Assembly (NCBI GenBank): GCA_029210695.1
Contig: JARGFH010000035.1
Location: forward strand, 1-40,911
DNA length: 40,911 bases
From: Acidimicrobiia bacterium
GTDB taxonomy: Bacteria > Actinomycetota > Acidimicrobiia > Spongiisociales > JAHEDJ01
Direction of reading: 5' to 3'
The notes under the pieces were generated by a model. It ran no database searches. It had not been told where the DNA came from and saw only the letters and a program-made list of their open reading frames with translations. Position 1 is the stretch's first letter. The number at the start of each line of letters is the position of its first letter. Shown one piece after another: positions 1 to 9,894 of the stretch. A program made the position numbers and the translations under genes.

Positions 1-77
1 ACATCCACAATCCGGCCCACCCGACCCCGATTCAACCCCCAAAACCACCACCAGCCAACCGAATCGGTGGATCCAGG
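1..77 (+). mobile_element. Probable right end of an IS element (IS1380-like terminus CGGTGGATCCAGG at 65-77)
   Basis: C/A-rich non-coding tail ending in TCGGTGGATCCAGG, which resembles actinobacterial IS1380-family ends as I recall them. No transposase lies in the window. Confidence 0.4.
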
Positions 78-130
78 TTCAGAGATGATGACACCGACCC
101 GCGTCGGTGCTTCAGAAGGACTGAAGATCA

Positions 131-505
131 ATGGACAGGCCGAGGATCCTGGTGGTAGAGGATGAGCGCGTCGTCGCGTTCCTTCTGACGCGCACGCTCG
201 AAGCGGCCGGATACTCGGTGACCCCTTGTGCCGACGGCCTGGATGCCCTCGAGATCGGCCTGAAGGAGGATTTCGACCTGGTCCTGCTCGACCAACGTAT
301 GCCCGGCCTGCTCGGGCTGGAGGTTCTCCAGCGGTGGAACGCAGCCGGGCGTTCTTTCCCGGTGATCATGGTTTCGGGCATCACCGGGGAGGCAGACGTG
401 ATCCAGGCTCTGGAACTCGGAGCGGTCGACTACATCCGGAAGCCATTCAGCGTTCAGGAGGTCATTGCCCGGGTCAAGGTTCGATTGCGCCGGGTTGCTC
501 CATGA
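131..505 (+). CDS. Stand-alone response regulator receiver domain
   Basis: ILVVEDE, DLVLLDQRMPG (phospho-acceptor Asp), GAVDYIRKPF. 124 aa with no output domain. Confidence 0.9.
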   Translation: MDRPRILVVEDERVVAFLLTRTLEAAGYSVTPCADGLDALEIGLKEDFDLVLLDQRMPGLLGLEVLQRWNAAGRSFPVIMVSGITGEADVIQALELGAVDYIRKPFSVQEVIARVKVRLRRVAP

Positions 506-1683
506 ACAGCCTCGTCCTTTATCTGTTGATCGGGTTGACCGTTCTGTTCGTCTTGGCAGCCGGGTCCCTGTTTGTTCTCAAGGCGGTACGCCGCCGGAGT
601 CGCGGGCGCGAGCAACGACGAAAGAATCGATTCATCGACATGATCGGTGAACTGGTCGTGCAGGGGGAGTGGAAAGCGCGAGTGTTCCGGCGGTACGCAT
701 CTGACCCGGTGTTTCGCGGGGTGCTGTTGGAGTACCTCCGCATGATGGCCGGGTCCGACCGGCAACATCTCATGGAGGTCGTCCGCCAGATGGGCATGGT
801 TGCCGAATACACGGCCGAACTCAGGTCCACAGACCGTAATCATCGAGTGAGGGCCGCAGAGGCACTCGCCGAGATCGCGGATCCCGAAACGCTGACCGAT
901 CTCGTGTTCGCGCTGGCCGACCCAGTCCAGGAGGTGCGGGTTCAAGCTGCGGCAGCTCTCGCCCACATCGGGGACGGCCGGGCCGTCAAGAGCCTGCTCG
1001 TGGCCCTCGATCAACAGGACGCCGGAAATGCGCAGCGCTTAGCCGATGCTTTGTACGGATTCGGCACCGCCGCGGTCGACGAAGCGGCTCGCTACCTGAG
1101 CAGTCCCGGAAAATACCGCCCGCTCGTTGCCAGGACGCTGGGACTGATCGGTGACATTCGGGCTGAAGAAGCCCTACTGCAGGCGCTCGATTCGACCGAG
1201 CAGGCCTTGCGTATCCGTGCTGCCGCGGCGCTGGGTCGAGCTGGTACGCCCAGGTCGGTTCCGTACCTGCTGCAACTCCTGAGCGATGATCAGTGGGAGG
1301 TCCGGGCCCAGGCAGCCACCGCGGTAGGTAGCCGGATGGATCAGCGGGCGGTGCCGTGGCTCAAGCGGGCCCTCACCGACGATGCCTGGTGGGTCCGGCA
1401 CAACGCCGCCGCCAGCCTCGTCGAGATTCCCGGCGGAGGCGATGCCTTGCGCCTCGCCCTCGACCATCCCGACGCCTATGCCCGTGACGCGGCGGCTGCC
1501 GTGCTTCTGTCTTCCGGCCTGGCCGGCGATGCCGTCGGTGACCTGACCTCCGATGATCCGCTCGTGCGCAATCCGGCGATGGACCTCGTCATGAAACTCA
1601 TCAGAGCCGGCAAGGGGGCGTTCTTCATCAACGAGGGTGTTCCGCCCGAACTGGTCAGCCAGCTCCATCATGGAGGGCAGTAG
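502..1683 (+). CDS. Membrane-anchored HEAT/PBS-repeat protein
   Basis: ATG at 502 overlaps the upstream stop (ATGA). N-terminal TM helix followed by repeated VRxxAAxAL motifs. Confidence 0.85.
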   Translation: MNSLVLYLLIGLTVLFVLAAGSLFVLKAVRRRSRGREQRRKNRFIDMIGELVVQGEWKARVFRRYASDPVFRGVLLEYLRMMAGSDRQHLMEVVRQMGMVAEYTAELRSTDRNHRVRAAEALAEIADPETLTDLVFALADPVQEVRVQAAAALAHIGDGRAVKSLLVALDQQDAGNAQRLADALYGFGTAAVDEAARYLSSPGKYRPLVARTLGLIGDIRAEEALLQALDSTEQALRIRAAAALGRAGTPRSVPYLLQLLSDDQWEVRAQAATAVGSRMDQRAVPWLKRALTDDAWWVRHNAAASLVEIPGGGDALRLALDHPDAYARDAAAAVLLSSGLAGDAVGDLTSDDPLVRNPAMDLVMKLIRAGKGAFFINEGVPPELVSQLHHGGQ

Positions 1684-1685
1684 AG

Positions 1686-3149
1686 GTGTCGGTAGGGTCA
1701 CCGATGCTCGATAGTGCCGTCAGGTGGATCAACTACCTCGTGCTTGCCTATGTCATCCTGATGGAGTTGCAGATCCTGGTCGTGGCGGCGGCTTCATATC
1801 TGGCATTGCGTCGAGATCAGTTCACCGAGCGGCACGGGCGCATTCGCGACCTGGCGACGTCTGACACCACCCCGCCGATCTCCATCATCATCCCGGCCTA
1901 CAACGAAGAGGCCGGAATCGTCGAATCGGTGCGATCCACCGCCATGCTTCACTACCCCCGCCTCGAGATAATCGTGGTCAACGACGGCAGCAAAGATCTC
2001 ACCGTGCAGCGACTCGTCGAAGCGTTCGACATGGTGCCGATCGATTTCCCGTTCCGTCCTGCCATCGAAACCCAGAAGATCCTTCGCATCTACAAGAGCC
2101 GGATGCCGTTGCCGGTCGTGCTGGTTGACAAGGAGAACGGTGGCAAATCCGACGCCATCAACGCCGGCGTCAATGTCTCGCAATATCCGTACTTCATGGC
2201 CACAGACGCAGACATGATCATCGAGAGCGAAGCGCTGATCCACGCCGCACGCCACTTCGTTGAGGATCGCGCCCACACCGTGGCGGTCGGAGGCAATGTA
2301 CGGCCTCTCAACGGATCGAAAGTGAGAAGCGGTTCTGTCTCGGAGGTGAAGCTCCCGCGGCGACCTATTGAGATGGTCCAGGTCGTTGAATACATCAGGT
2401 CGTTTCTGGCCGCTCGCCCCGGTTGGTCGGCCATGCGGTCGCTTCTCATCGTCTCCGGAGCCTTCGGCATCTTTCAGAAGCGCGCCGTTGTCGAGGTCGG
2501 GGGCTTCAGGAACGATCACCTCGGCGAAGACATGGAAATGACGATGCGGTTGCATCGCCACAACCTCAAGAACAAGCGGGACTACCGGATCGTGTACGCC
2601 CCGGACGCGGTCGCCTGGACCGAGGTCCCGAGCGACTGGGCCGTGCTGAGGAAGCAACGGATCAGGTGGCACCGGGGATTCATTCAGGTCATCTGGCAAT
2701 ACCGTGGAATGATCTTCAATCCCCGGTACGGTCGAATCGGTCTCCTCGGCTGGCCGTCGTTCATCGCCTTCGAGTTCATCGCTCCGATCGTCGAGTTCCT
2801 CGGTTGGCTGATCATTCCCCTGTCGATTGCCCTGGGCTACGTCAACGTGGAAGTCGCCATTCCGCTGGCGGCGATCGCACTCCTCCTGGGCGCGGTGAAC
2901 TCCGTTGTCTCGCTGTTCCTCGATGATCGTTTCGGGTACTACGACGAGGCGGGTCAAACCCTAAGGCTGCTCCTCTACTCGCTCGCCGAACACCTTGGCC
3001 TGCGCCAGCGCAGCACGTGGTGGCGGTTCCGGTCGATGTTCTGGAACCCGTCGAAGAAGGTCTGGGGGGACATGCAGCGAACCGGAGTCGGCAACCTGGC
3101 CGGCTCGAACGAGGTAGGCGCGCCGGGAACGGTGCCATCAGAAGTGTGA
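1686..3149 (+). CDS. Processive GT2 glycosyltransferase (PgaC/IcaA/cellulose-synthase-like)
   Basis: IIIPAYNEE, NDGSKD, GGKSDAIN, DAD, GED and QRIRW motifs, with N- and C-terminal TM segments. Alternative start is ATG 1704. Confidence 0.9.
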   Translation: MSVGSPMLDSAVRWINYLVLAYVILMELQILVVAAASYLALRRDQFTERHGRIRDLATSDTTPPISIIIPAYNEEAGIVESVRSTAMLHYPRLEIIVVNDGSKDLTVQRLVEAFDMVPIDFPFRPAIETQKILRIYKSRMPLPVVLVDKENGGKSDAINAGVNVSQYPYFMATDADMIIESEALIHAARHFVEDRAHTVAVGGNVRPLNGSKVRSGSVSEVKLPRRPIEMVQVVEYIRSFLAARPGWSAMRSLLIVSGAFGIFQKRAVVEVGGFRNDHLGEDMEMTMRLHRHNLKNKRDYRIVYAPDAVAWTEVPSDWAVLRKQRIRWHRGFIQVIWQYRGMIFNPRYGRIGLLGWPSFIAFEFIAPIVEFLGWLIIPLSIALGYVNVEVAIPLAAIALLLGAVNSVVSLFLDDRFGYYDEAGQTLRLLLYSLAEHLGLRQRSTWWRFRSMFWNPSKKVWGDMQRTGVGNLAGSNEVGAPGTVPSEV

Positions 3150-3218
3150 GTCGTCGATGTTGTTGGCGGTGGCGGACTACCCCGCGGGGAGTTGGCGGCT
3201 GCTGAGGCTACGGCAGAC

Positions 3219-4274
3219 CTACGGGACCACTATGACCGTGGTCCCGATCGGAGTCCAGGCGTAGAGGGCTTGTGCTTTGGCGTCGGCCTGCCGGACACAT
3301 CCTGCGCTCCGGAACTCGCCTAACTCGTCTTCTGTTTGCATCGGCACACCCGTTGCGTAGTGCGGGATGGCGTGGAATCCGATCGAAGCTGTTCTGCCGT
3401 AGGCGAATCGCACCATGTATTCCATCGTGATCCCGTTGTGACTCCAGGCAATCGGTGACTTTGAGTAGACGGTGTAGGTGCCGGGAGCCGGAACACCTTC
3501 CCGGCCCGATACGAGGTAGGTGTCGACAACGGACTCCGTCTCGTCGATCATCCAGATCTGTTGCTGCGCGTTGGCGTAGATGATGCGCTTGCCGTGTCCG
3601 ACGTCGGGATAGGCGGGCGGCCGCGCCGGCGGGACTAGTGGCAACAGACCCATTGCCCTCGACAACAGCATGGCCATCTCAGCCCGTGGGATTGCCCGAT
3701 TGGGACAGAATCGGGCGTCTGCGCAACCATTCGTGATTCCGGCTGCTGCCAGAGCGTTGATGGAAGCCTCGTGAAGAGATTCCGAGTCGTCCGTGAAGTA
3801 GTCGAGGTCGGCGGCGGGAATCGCAAATGCACGGGCCAGGAACGAGGCCATCTGACCCCTCGTGATCGGCTTTGATCCGCAGAATCGCAGGTCGCCGCAA
3901 CCGTGCGTGATTCCCGTCTCGGCCAGCGAATTGATCGCGTCCTCGTGAGTGGTGCCGTTGTCGTCTGTGAAGTGATCGACCGGCGACGACGGTAGTTCGA
4001 GTGCGCGAACCAGTAGCGTTGCCATTTCGGCCCTGGTCAGAGTTCTTTGGGGACAGAACCGATCGTTGGCAGGCGGATTGCACCCGCGGGTGATGCCTGC
4101 CGCCGCGATTGCTTCGATGTGACCCTCAGCGGCCGTCCCATCGTCATCGACGAACGTTCCTCCCGGTGGAAGTTCGACCGTTTGTGCCACAGCCGAGGAT
4201 CCCGTTACAGCGACAAGGGCAACCACAATCACCACAATGGCGAGAGTTCGATTGAGGTCGAGTTTTGCTTCCAC
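3219..4274 (-). CDS. Secreted SLH-domain protein with C-terminal YkuD L,D-transpeptidase domain
   Basis: Signal peptide, three SLH-like repeats (GITRGC...TRAEMA, TRGQMA, PRAEMA), then IGFHAIP...SAGCVR catalytic motif. Confidence 0.85.
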   Translation of the reverse strand: MEAKLDLNRTLAIVVIVVALVAVTGSSAVAQTVELPPGGTFVDDDGTAAEGHIEAIAAAGITRGCNPPANDRFCPQRTLTRAEMATLLVRALELPSSPVDHFTDDNGTTHEDAINSLAETGITHGCGDLRFCGSKPITRGQMASFLARAFAIPAADLDYFTDDSESLHEASINALAAAGITNGCADARFCPNRAIPRAEMAMLLSRAMGLLPLVPPARPPAYPDVGHGKRIIYANAQQQIWMIDETESVVDTYLVSGREGVPAPGTYTVYSKSPIAWSHNGITMEYMVRFAYGRTASIGFHAIPHYATGVPMQTEDELGEFRSAGCVRQADAKAQALYAWTPIGTTVIVVP

Positions 4275-4391
4275 GTTTTCTCTTCGGCAAACCGGTCGAA
4301 GACCTTTATCCGGGAGGATGACTCGACCCGGTAGCTCGTTTGTATTCTGCCGCCGGGTGGTTGACGTATCGCGTCACGGGAGGATCGTTGG

Positions 4392-7300
4392 CTACTCCTC
4401 GTAGCCCGGGTGGGGGATGCTGGTTCCGGCCGGGCCCATCGCCGGTAGGTGCGCCATCGAACCGGTGAGGCCCTTCAACAGCACATACATGTCTGCGGCC
4501 GGCCGCACAGAGAATGCCTCGCCGTCTGTGGGGTCGCCGATCGGAGTCGCTTCGATCAGGTTGAGTGTGCCTGCCTCCAGCCGGGCGCGGAATGCTGGGG
4601 ATGAATACTCAACGACCCCATTGAGGGCCATCCGGTGAGTCTCGCCGTCGACGCGACTTTCGATGGATCCGTCGTCGAACACCATGAAGGCGTTCGTCTT
4701 CTCGGCCTCGAAGTCGCCCCGATCTAGATAGATCCGTGGCTTGTCGACGTACGGGCGGCCGGAAGTCGGGCAAGCCGTCACACAGTTGCCACATTCGTTG
4801 CAGAAGTCGGTCAGCACCGCGATCTGGAACTGCTGATCTGCTCGATACGGCGCCGTGTTGCCGGGGATGATGTCTCCCCCGACCGCCTTCAGGGTCGGCA
4901 GTTCCGTCCGGAACGGCTCCATTTCGTAGGTCACCAACGCCATGTTCGGACACACTCCAACGCACAGCGAGCAGATGAGATGGCAGTCCAGGCAGCGCGC
5001 CGCTTCTTTCATCGCCTCGTCCACGGTGAAACCGATGACCGTCTCATCGAAACCGACGCGCTCGGACACCGGAGTGTGTGAGACGGGCTGGCGGTATTGG
5101 CGACGTGCCCGGCGGATGACCATGTCCTGGAGGTCGACCGCCGGGGGTTCGATTTCCGGCTGGGGACCGCGGAGCGTCGAAGCGATGGCTGCTGCAACGC
5201 CCTTTCCATCGGCCGCCGCCTTGACGATCGAGGACGGGCCGTGATCGGCCACGTCGCCTCCGGCGTACACACCCGGAGTGGTGGTCTCGAACGTCGCCGG
5301 ATCGACGACGAGGTAACCCTTAGACGTGAGTTCCGGGATCTCGTCCCCGAAGAAGTCCAGAACCGAATGCTGGCTGATCGCCAGGATCATGGTGTCCAGG
5401 GGAATCTCGAACTCGGAGTCCGGAACGTCGAACGGGATCTTTCGACCCGATGCGTCTCGGTCGCCGGTGTAGCGGGTCCGGCTGCAGATGAGTCCCGCCA
5501 GAGCCCCGTCCTCGATGTGCAATGAAGACGGTTTGGCCAGCTCCACGATCTCAATGCCTTCCTCGAGGCAGGCATGGATCTCTTCACGGTCTGCCGGCAT
5601 CTGATCGATGGTCCGCCGGTAGATGAGTGAGACATGCTCTGCGCCGGTTCGTAGGGCAGAGCGGGCACAGTCCATGGCGGTGTCGCCGGCACCGATGACG
5701 CCGACCCGCTTACCGATCGGAACCGGGTTGCCTTCACGCACGCTGCGGAGGTAGCGGAGGGCGTCCATTACACCGTCGGCCTCCTCTCCTGGAAGTCCCA
5801 GGCGTTTGGCGAGTTGTGCTCCCACCGCCACGAAGGTGGCCTCGTAGCCATCGGTTCTGAGATCCGAGAGCGTGAAGTCGACGCCCACCTTCCGCCCGAA
5901 ACGGAACTCGACTCCGAGTGATTCGAGCACCGCCACGTCCTGGTCGATCACCGGCTGGGGGAGCCGGTAGGCGGGGATCGCCCCCCCGACCATTCCCCCG
6001 GCGTATGGGTGGGCTTCGAAGATGGTTACGCCGAATCCGGCGTAGGCGAGTTCCTGGGCTGCCGCGAGACCCGCCGGTCCGGCTCCGATGATGGCGACCC
6101 GGCTGCCGGTTCCGGGTTTGCGGGTGAACAGCACCGGCTGTTCCTCCTGTTCCATGATGAAGCGCTTGATGTGGCGGATGGCCAGCGGTTGGTCGTAGTG
6201 GGTTCGGATACATGTGTTCTCGCAGAGGTGATCGCAGACCCTGCCCAGGATCGCCGGGAGCGGGTTGTCTTCGCGGGTCAGACGGACGGCCTCCAGGAAG
6301 TCGCCGTTTCTCACCGCGTTCATGTACTGCGGCACCTTCTGATCTACGGGGCACTCATCGAGGCAAGGAGCCTCGATGCAGTCGAAATACTCGAGTAGTC
6401 GGGGGGTCTTCGAACGATCGGTGCGGAAGGAATCCTTCCTGTACCGCCAGTCGGTGCGCACCGAGTCGGCATAGTTGCGCAGATTCAACCGGGCGAAGAC
6501 CCTGCCCGTCAGATCGACAAGGGTCTCGGTTTGCCTGTCGTCGTATCCGGCTTCATTCGCCCAGACTCGCACGACATCGAATGCCGGGCGGTCGATCGAC
6601 TCCGACCTCACCGCCTCGGCGAGACCCATGCACATGTCGAGATCCAGGTTGAGTCCGCTGTCGGCGAGGCTCGTGTAGCGGAGGAGGGGAGCGAACTCGT
6701 CGAAGTTGGGGCTCTTGATCGCTGAACCGGCGACGAACTCCTGCAGGTCGCCGGCGCCGACTTCATCGATTGCCGCCTCGAGGTGTTCGATGTACTGCGA
6801 CATGCGGAGGTACCCGCCGGACTTGAGAAGGTCCGAGCACACCGTCACCGTCTTCATTCCAGATCGGAGGAGGTCGGCGACATTGAATGCGTCCGCCCCT
6901 CCGGCGAATGACAGCAGCAGATCGCCACGGAAGTCCTCAGAGATTCGCATCGCCAGGTTGGTGGTGACGGCATGGAGGGCGCGACCGGACAGGTACATCA
7001 TGTCGTCCCGCTCGAACACCGTTCGCCAGTTGTTGACCTCGAGGGTGTTGGACAACTTCAACCCGAACGTGAGACCGTGCGCAGCGGCGACCCGCCGGAG
7101 ATTGTGGAACATGGGGACGGCGTCCACGTACTTCAGGTCGTGCGCGAAAGCTTCATCGGGTATCGGCACATCATCGAATCCGAGGTCGTCGTCGATGATG
7201 CCGCGGACCCGGTCGGCGCCCAGCAGCGTCGGATTGCACTTCACAGACGTGTGGAGGCGCCGCTCTTCGAGGAGGTAGGTGGTGATGCGCTCAATCTCGT

Positions 7301-7949
7301 CCGGGGGGCATCCGTGCATGGTCGACAGCGTGATGGTGTCGGAGATAGTGGCCGGAATGTCGAGGTCGCGGACCTCCGGGTAGCGGCGGGCGACGATGTC
7401 TATGTAAGCGGGCAGGTAAGCCGATGCATCGCGCATTGTGTCGAGGAACCACTGGACGTTCGGCTTCAGGATCCCTTCGAGGTTGTAGCCGACACTCATG
7501 TTGAAGATCATTCCCGGGCGGTCTCCCGGAAAACCGAACTTGTGGTGCAGGGCATGGATCAGTACCCAGGCCCTGAGGTACTCGTCGAACGACTCGTAAA
7601 CCTTGAGTTCCTGAGACCACTCGACGTTGTAGCCCTCGTCTTCGATGTCGATGCACGGCTTGTTGACGTCGAGTTCGTCCAGTGTCTGAACGGTCTTGAG
7701 TTCGATGAAGCGCGCCCCGACCAGCCAAGACACGATGATGTTCTGGGCCATCTGGGTGTGTGGTCCCGCCGCCACGCCGAAGGGCGTTTCCAGCTCGTAG
7801 CCGTACTTGTCCAGTCGGAACCGATCGTCGCCAGTCGGTACGAAGAAGGCGGGCCGGGGTACGCCGAAGAGGGCGTTTTTCTGTTCGAGTTCGTCGAATA
7901 CCCAGTCCGTCAGCTGCTCCATCGAGATCGGATGGAATCGATCAGACAT
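4392..7949 (-). CDS. ygfK: YgfK-family Fe-S flavoprotein oxidoreductase (often annotated putative selenate reductase subunit)
   Basis: Start MSDRFHPISM at 7949 with a GAGGAG RBS. GVAAGPHTQMAQNI, ELKTVQ, KPCID, STMHGCPPDEIE, GxGxxG FAD/NAD motifs and C-terminal CxxCxxxCxxCxxxCP and CxxCxxCxxxCP clusters. Confidence 0.9.
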   Translation of the reverse strand: MSDRFHPISMEQLTDWVFDELEQKNALFGVPRPAFFVPTGDDRFRLDKYGYELETPFGVAAGPHTQMAQNIIVSWLVGARFIELKTVQTLDELDVNKPCIDIEDEGYNVEWSQELKVYESFDEYLRAWVLIHALHHKFGFPGDRPGMIFNMSVGYNLEGILKPNVQWFLDTMRDASAYLPAYIDIVARRYPEVRDLDIPATISDTITLSTMHGCPPDEIERITTYLLEERRLHTSVKCNPTLLGADRVRGIIDDDLGFDDVPIPDEAFAHDLKYVDAVPMFHNLRRVAAAHGLTFGLKLSNTLEVNNWRTVFERDDMMYLSGRALHAVTTNLAMRISEDFRGDLLLSFAGGADAFNVADLLRSGMKTVTVCSDLLKSGGYLRMSQYIEHLEAAIDEVGAGDLQEFVAGSAIKSPNFDEFAPLLRYTSLADSGLNLDLDMCMGLAEAVRSESIDRPAFDVVRVWANEAGYDDRQTETLVDLTGRVFARLNLRNYADSVRTDWRYRKDSFRTDRSKTPRLLEYFDCIEAPCLDECPVDQKVPQYMNAVRNGDFLEAVRLTREDNPLPAILGRVCDHLCENTCIRTHYDQPLAIRHIKRFIMEQEEQPVLFTRKPGTGSRVAIIGAGPAGLAAAQELAYAGFGVTIFEAHPYAGGMVGGAIPAYRLPQPVIDQDVAVLESLGVEFRFGRKVGVDFTLSDLRTDGYEATFVAVGAQLAKRLGLPGEEADGVMDALRYLRSVREGNPVPIGKRVGVIGAGDTAMDCARSALRTGAEHVSLIYRRTIDQMPADREEIHACLEEGIEIVELAKPSSLHIEDGALAGLICSRTRYTGDRDASGRKIPFDVPDSEFEIPLDTMILAISQHSVLDFFGDEIPELTSKGYLVVDPATFETTTPGVYAGGDVADHGPSSIVKAAADGKGVAAAIASTLRGPQPEIEPPAVDLQDMVIRRARRQYRQPVSHTPVSERVGFDETVIGFTVDEAMKEAARCLDCHLICSLCVGVCPNMALVTYEMEPFRTELPTLKAVGGDIIPGNTAPYRADQQFQIAVLTDFCNECGNCVTACPTSGRPYVDKPRIYLDRGDFEAEKTNAFMVFDDGSIESRVDGETHRMALNGVVEYSSPAFRARLEAGTLNLIEATPIGDPTDGEAFSVRPAADMYVLLKGLTGSMAHLPAMGPAGTSIPHPGYEE

Positions 7950-7968
7950 CGTTTGGCTCCTCGTGCGT

Positions 7969-8991
7969 TCAGAGTCGTGAGTGAAGGCGGACTGCTTGCT
8001 CGGCAGCCCTGGCGCGAACCTCGTCTGCGTCAACCCGGGTTGGTTTCCCGTCGGCGAACACAGTCTCGCCGTCGACCTTGACCTCCAGCGGGCGAACGCC
8101 GGGGGTGAAGGCCAGATGCCAGGGATCCATCGGGTCGTACGACCAGGTGACCTCGTCGTTGCGCGCCTCAGGCATCAGATCCCAGCCGGTTTCGAGCCAC
8201 GACCAGGCCGAGTCGGGGCCGGCGGCCACGTCGACCGTCCGCTGCATGACGTAGGCGAGGCGGAACGATTCGATCATGTTGGCTCCGATGCCGTCGGTGC
8301 CCAGTGCCACGGGATTGGAGAAACGGGCGGGGTCGGCGTACCCGACACCGTTGTTGAGGTTGGACCTGGGGTTGTGGAGGATCGTTCCGTGCAAGCGGTG
8401 ATCGGTGGAGAGATGGACGCAGTGGCTGAGTAACCAGTTGTCGCGGGTGAGGCCGGCCAGCCGGACGGGCGCATCCTTGTCTCCGACACCCTCGGCGACG
8501 TGGATGTGAACGCCGACGCCTAGATCTGCAGCCAGATGTGCGGCATTTCGAAGCGACTCGTCCGAACAGGTGAAGGCGGCGTGAATCCCGACCAGTCCCT
8601 TCCCGCCTTCTCTAATGAAGCGCTCGTTCTCTGCGAGGCCACGGCGGGCGCCGTCGGCCCCGTGGCGATCGGTGATCCCGTAGGCGGGGAGCACTCGCAC
8701 CCCCACCTCCGCACAGGCGTCTGCGATGACCGTGAGGCTGCCTTCGATGGCGTTTGGGGATTCGTGGTGGTCGATGATGGCAGTGGTGCCCGACTCGAGC
8801 GCTTCGAGGGCGCCGAGCTTGGCCGACCAGCGAATCATCTCCAGGTCGAGGGCTGTGTCGAGTCGCCACCAGATTTGTTCGAGAATCTCCTGGAACGTGG
8901 TCGGCGTCTTGGGCGGCGGCGGCATCCCCCTGGCGAGGGCCGAGTAGAGGTGGTGGTGAGCACAGACCAGTCCGGGTGTTGTCGCCGTCAT
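7969..8991 (-). CDS. ssnA: SsnA-like amidohydrolase, N-terminally short
   Basis: PGLVCAHHHLYSALARG, ILEQIWWRLD, GTTAIIDHHESP, HIHVAEG, LGTDG. GAGGAG RBS and position next to ygfK. Confidence 0.8.
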   Translation of the reverse strand: MTATTPGLVCAHHHLYSALARGMPPPPKTPTTFQEILEQIWWRLDTALDLEMIRWSAKLGALEALESGTTAIIDHHESPNAIEGSLTVIADACAEVGVRVLPAYGITDRHGADGARRGLAENERFIREGGKGLVGIHAAFTCSDESLRNAAHLAADLGVGVHIHVAEGVGDKDAPVRLAGLTRDNWLLSHCVHLSTDHRLHGTILHNPRSNLNNGVGYADPARFSNPVALGTDGIGANMIESFRLAYVMQRTVDVAAGPDSAWSWLETGWDLMPEARNDEVTWSYDPMDPWHLAFTPGVRPLEVKVDGETVFADGKPTRVDADEVRARAAEQAVRLHSRL

Positions 8992-9061
8992 ATAGCTCCT
9001 CTCTCATTCAACAAGCTAGCGACATCCGACACCGGAGCGGGCCTGACCGGTTCTCAAACGC

Positions 9062-9112
9062 TTTTCGCGCGGGGATCCCCCCAAATACGGTGGGAATCCC
9101 GCGCGAAAACGG
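9062..9112. repeat. Palindromic intergenic element, copy 1
   Basis: TTTTCGCGCGGG...TACGGTGG...CCCGCGCGAAAACGG, matching a second copy at 16169-16222. Confidence 0.8.
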
Positions 9113-9159
9113 TAGGGGGGGCGACCACTATCCTGGGTGGGTCGAATGCGGGGTTACAA

Positions 9160-9894
9160 GTGATCAGCAGATACCACCGGCCGGCCAGCCTCGAGGAGGT
9201 CTTCGACCTTCTTGACAGGGACGGAGTTGATTCGGTCCTGATGGCCGGCGGTACCGGCGTCAATGCGACGGAATACCCGGAAATCGAAGTCATCGACCTT
9301 CAGGATGTGTGCCCCGATGCGATCATCGAGTCAGGCGACCGCCTGGTGATCGGTGCCATGGTCCGGTTGCAGGACGTTGTCGACCATGGCGGGGTACCTC
9401 CGTTGCTGCGGGAACTCGCCCACCGTGAAGGTCCGAACACCCTCAGGCACTCAGCAACGATCGGCGGGACAGTCGCAAGCGCAGACCCGGAGAGCGAACT
9501 GTTGGCCGGGTTGCTCGTTCACGAGGCGACGGCGGAAGTCCAAACGCGGGAACGCTCGCTCACGATCAGGATCGCCGATCTCTTCGCCGATCCGGCGGCA
9601 CTCTCCGGCGGGATCATCGCCTCCATCTCGGTGGAGGTCGGCGGCGCCACTGCCTCAGCGAGAACCGGTCGCACTCCGGCAGACACGTCGATCGTGGCTG
9701 CGATTGGACGAGTTACTCCGGATGGCCTGCTGCTGGCTCTGACGGGGGTCGCATCCACGCCGGTGCTCATCGCTCGCGACGCCGTCGATGCACTCGTTCC
9801 GCCGGCCGATTTCCGGGGTTCATCCGAGTACCGGCGGAACCTCGCCTCTGTCCTGGCCGATCGTGTCGTCGGTCAGCTTGGAGGTGCCGCTTGA
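9160..9894 (+). CDS. Molybdenum hydroxylase FAD-binding subunit (YgfM/XdhB-like)
   Basis: GTG at 9160. YHRPASLEE, MAGGT, LRHSATIGGT and ADFRGSSEYRR motifs. Coupled to the next gene (TTGA overlap). Confidence 0.85.
   Translation: MISRYHRPASLEEVFDLLDRDGVDSVLMAGGTGVNATEYPEIEVIDLQDVCPDAIIESGDRLVIGAMVRLQDVVDHGGVPPLLRELAHREGPNTLRHSATIGGTVASADPESELLAGLLVHEATAEVQTRERSLTIRIADLFADPAALSGGIIASISVEVGGATASARTGRTPADTSIVAAIGRVTPDGLLLALTGVASTPVLIARDAVDALVPPADFRGSSEYRRNLASVLADRVVGQLGGAA

Noticed and set aside
4392..7949. Respiratory selenate reductase
   Set aside because: This is a legacy annotation of YgfK. There is no Tat signal or DMSO-reductase-family subunit, and the context indicates purine catabolism.
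8536..9159. N-terminal extension of the FAD-subunit ORF
   Set aside because: It is antisense to ssnA, and recognisable sequence starts at GTG 9160.
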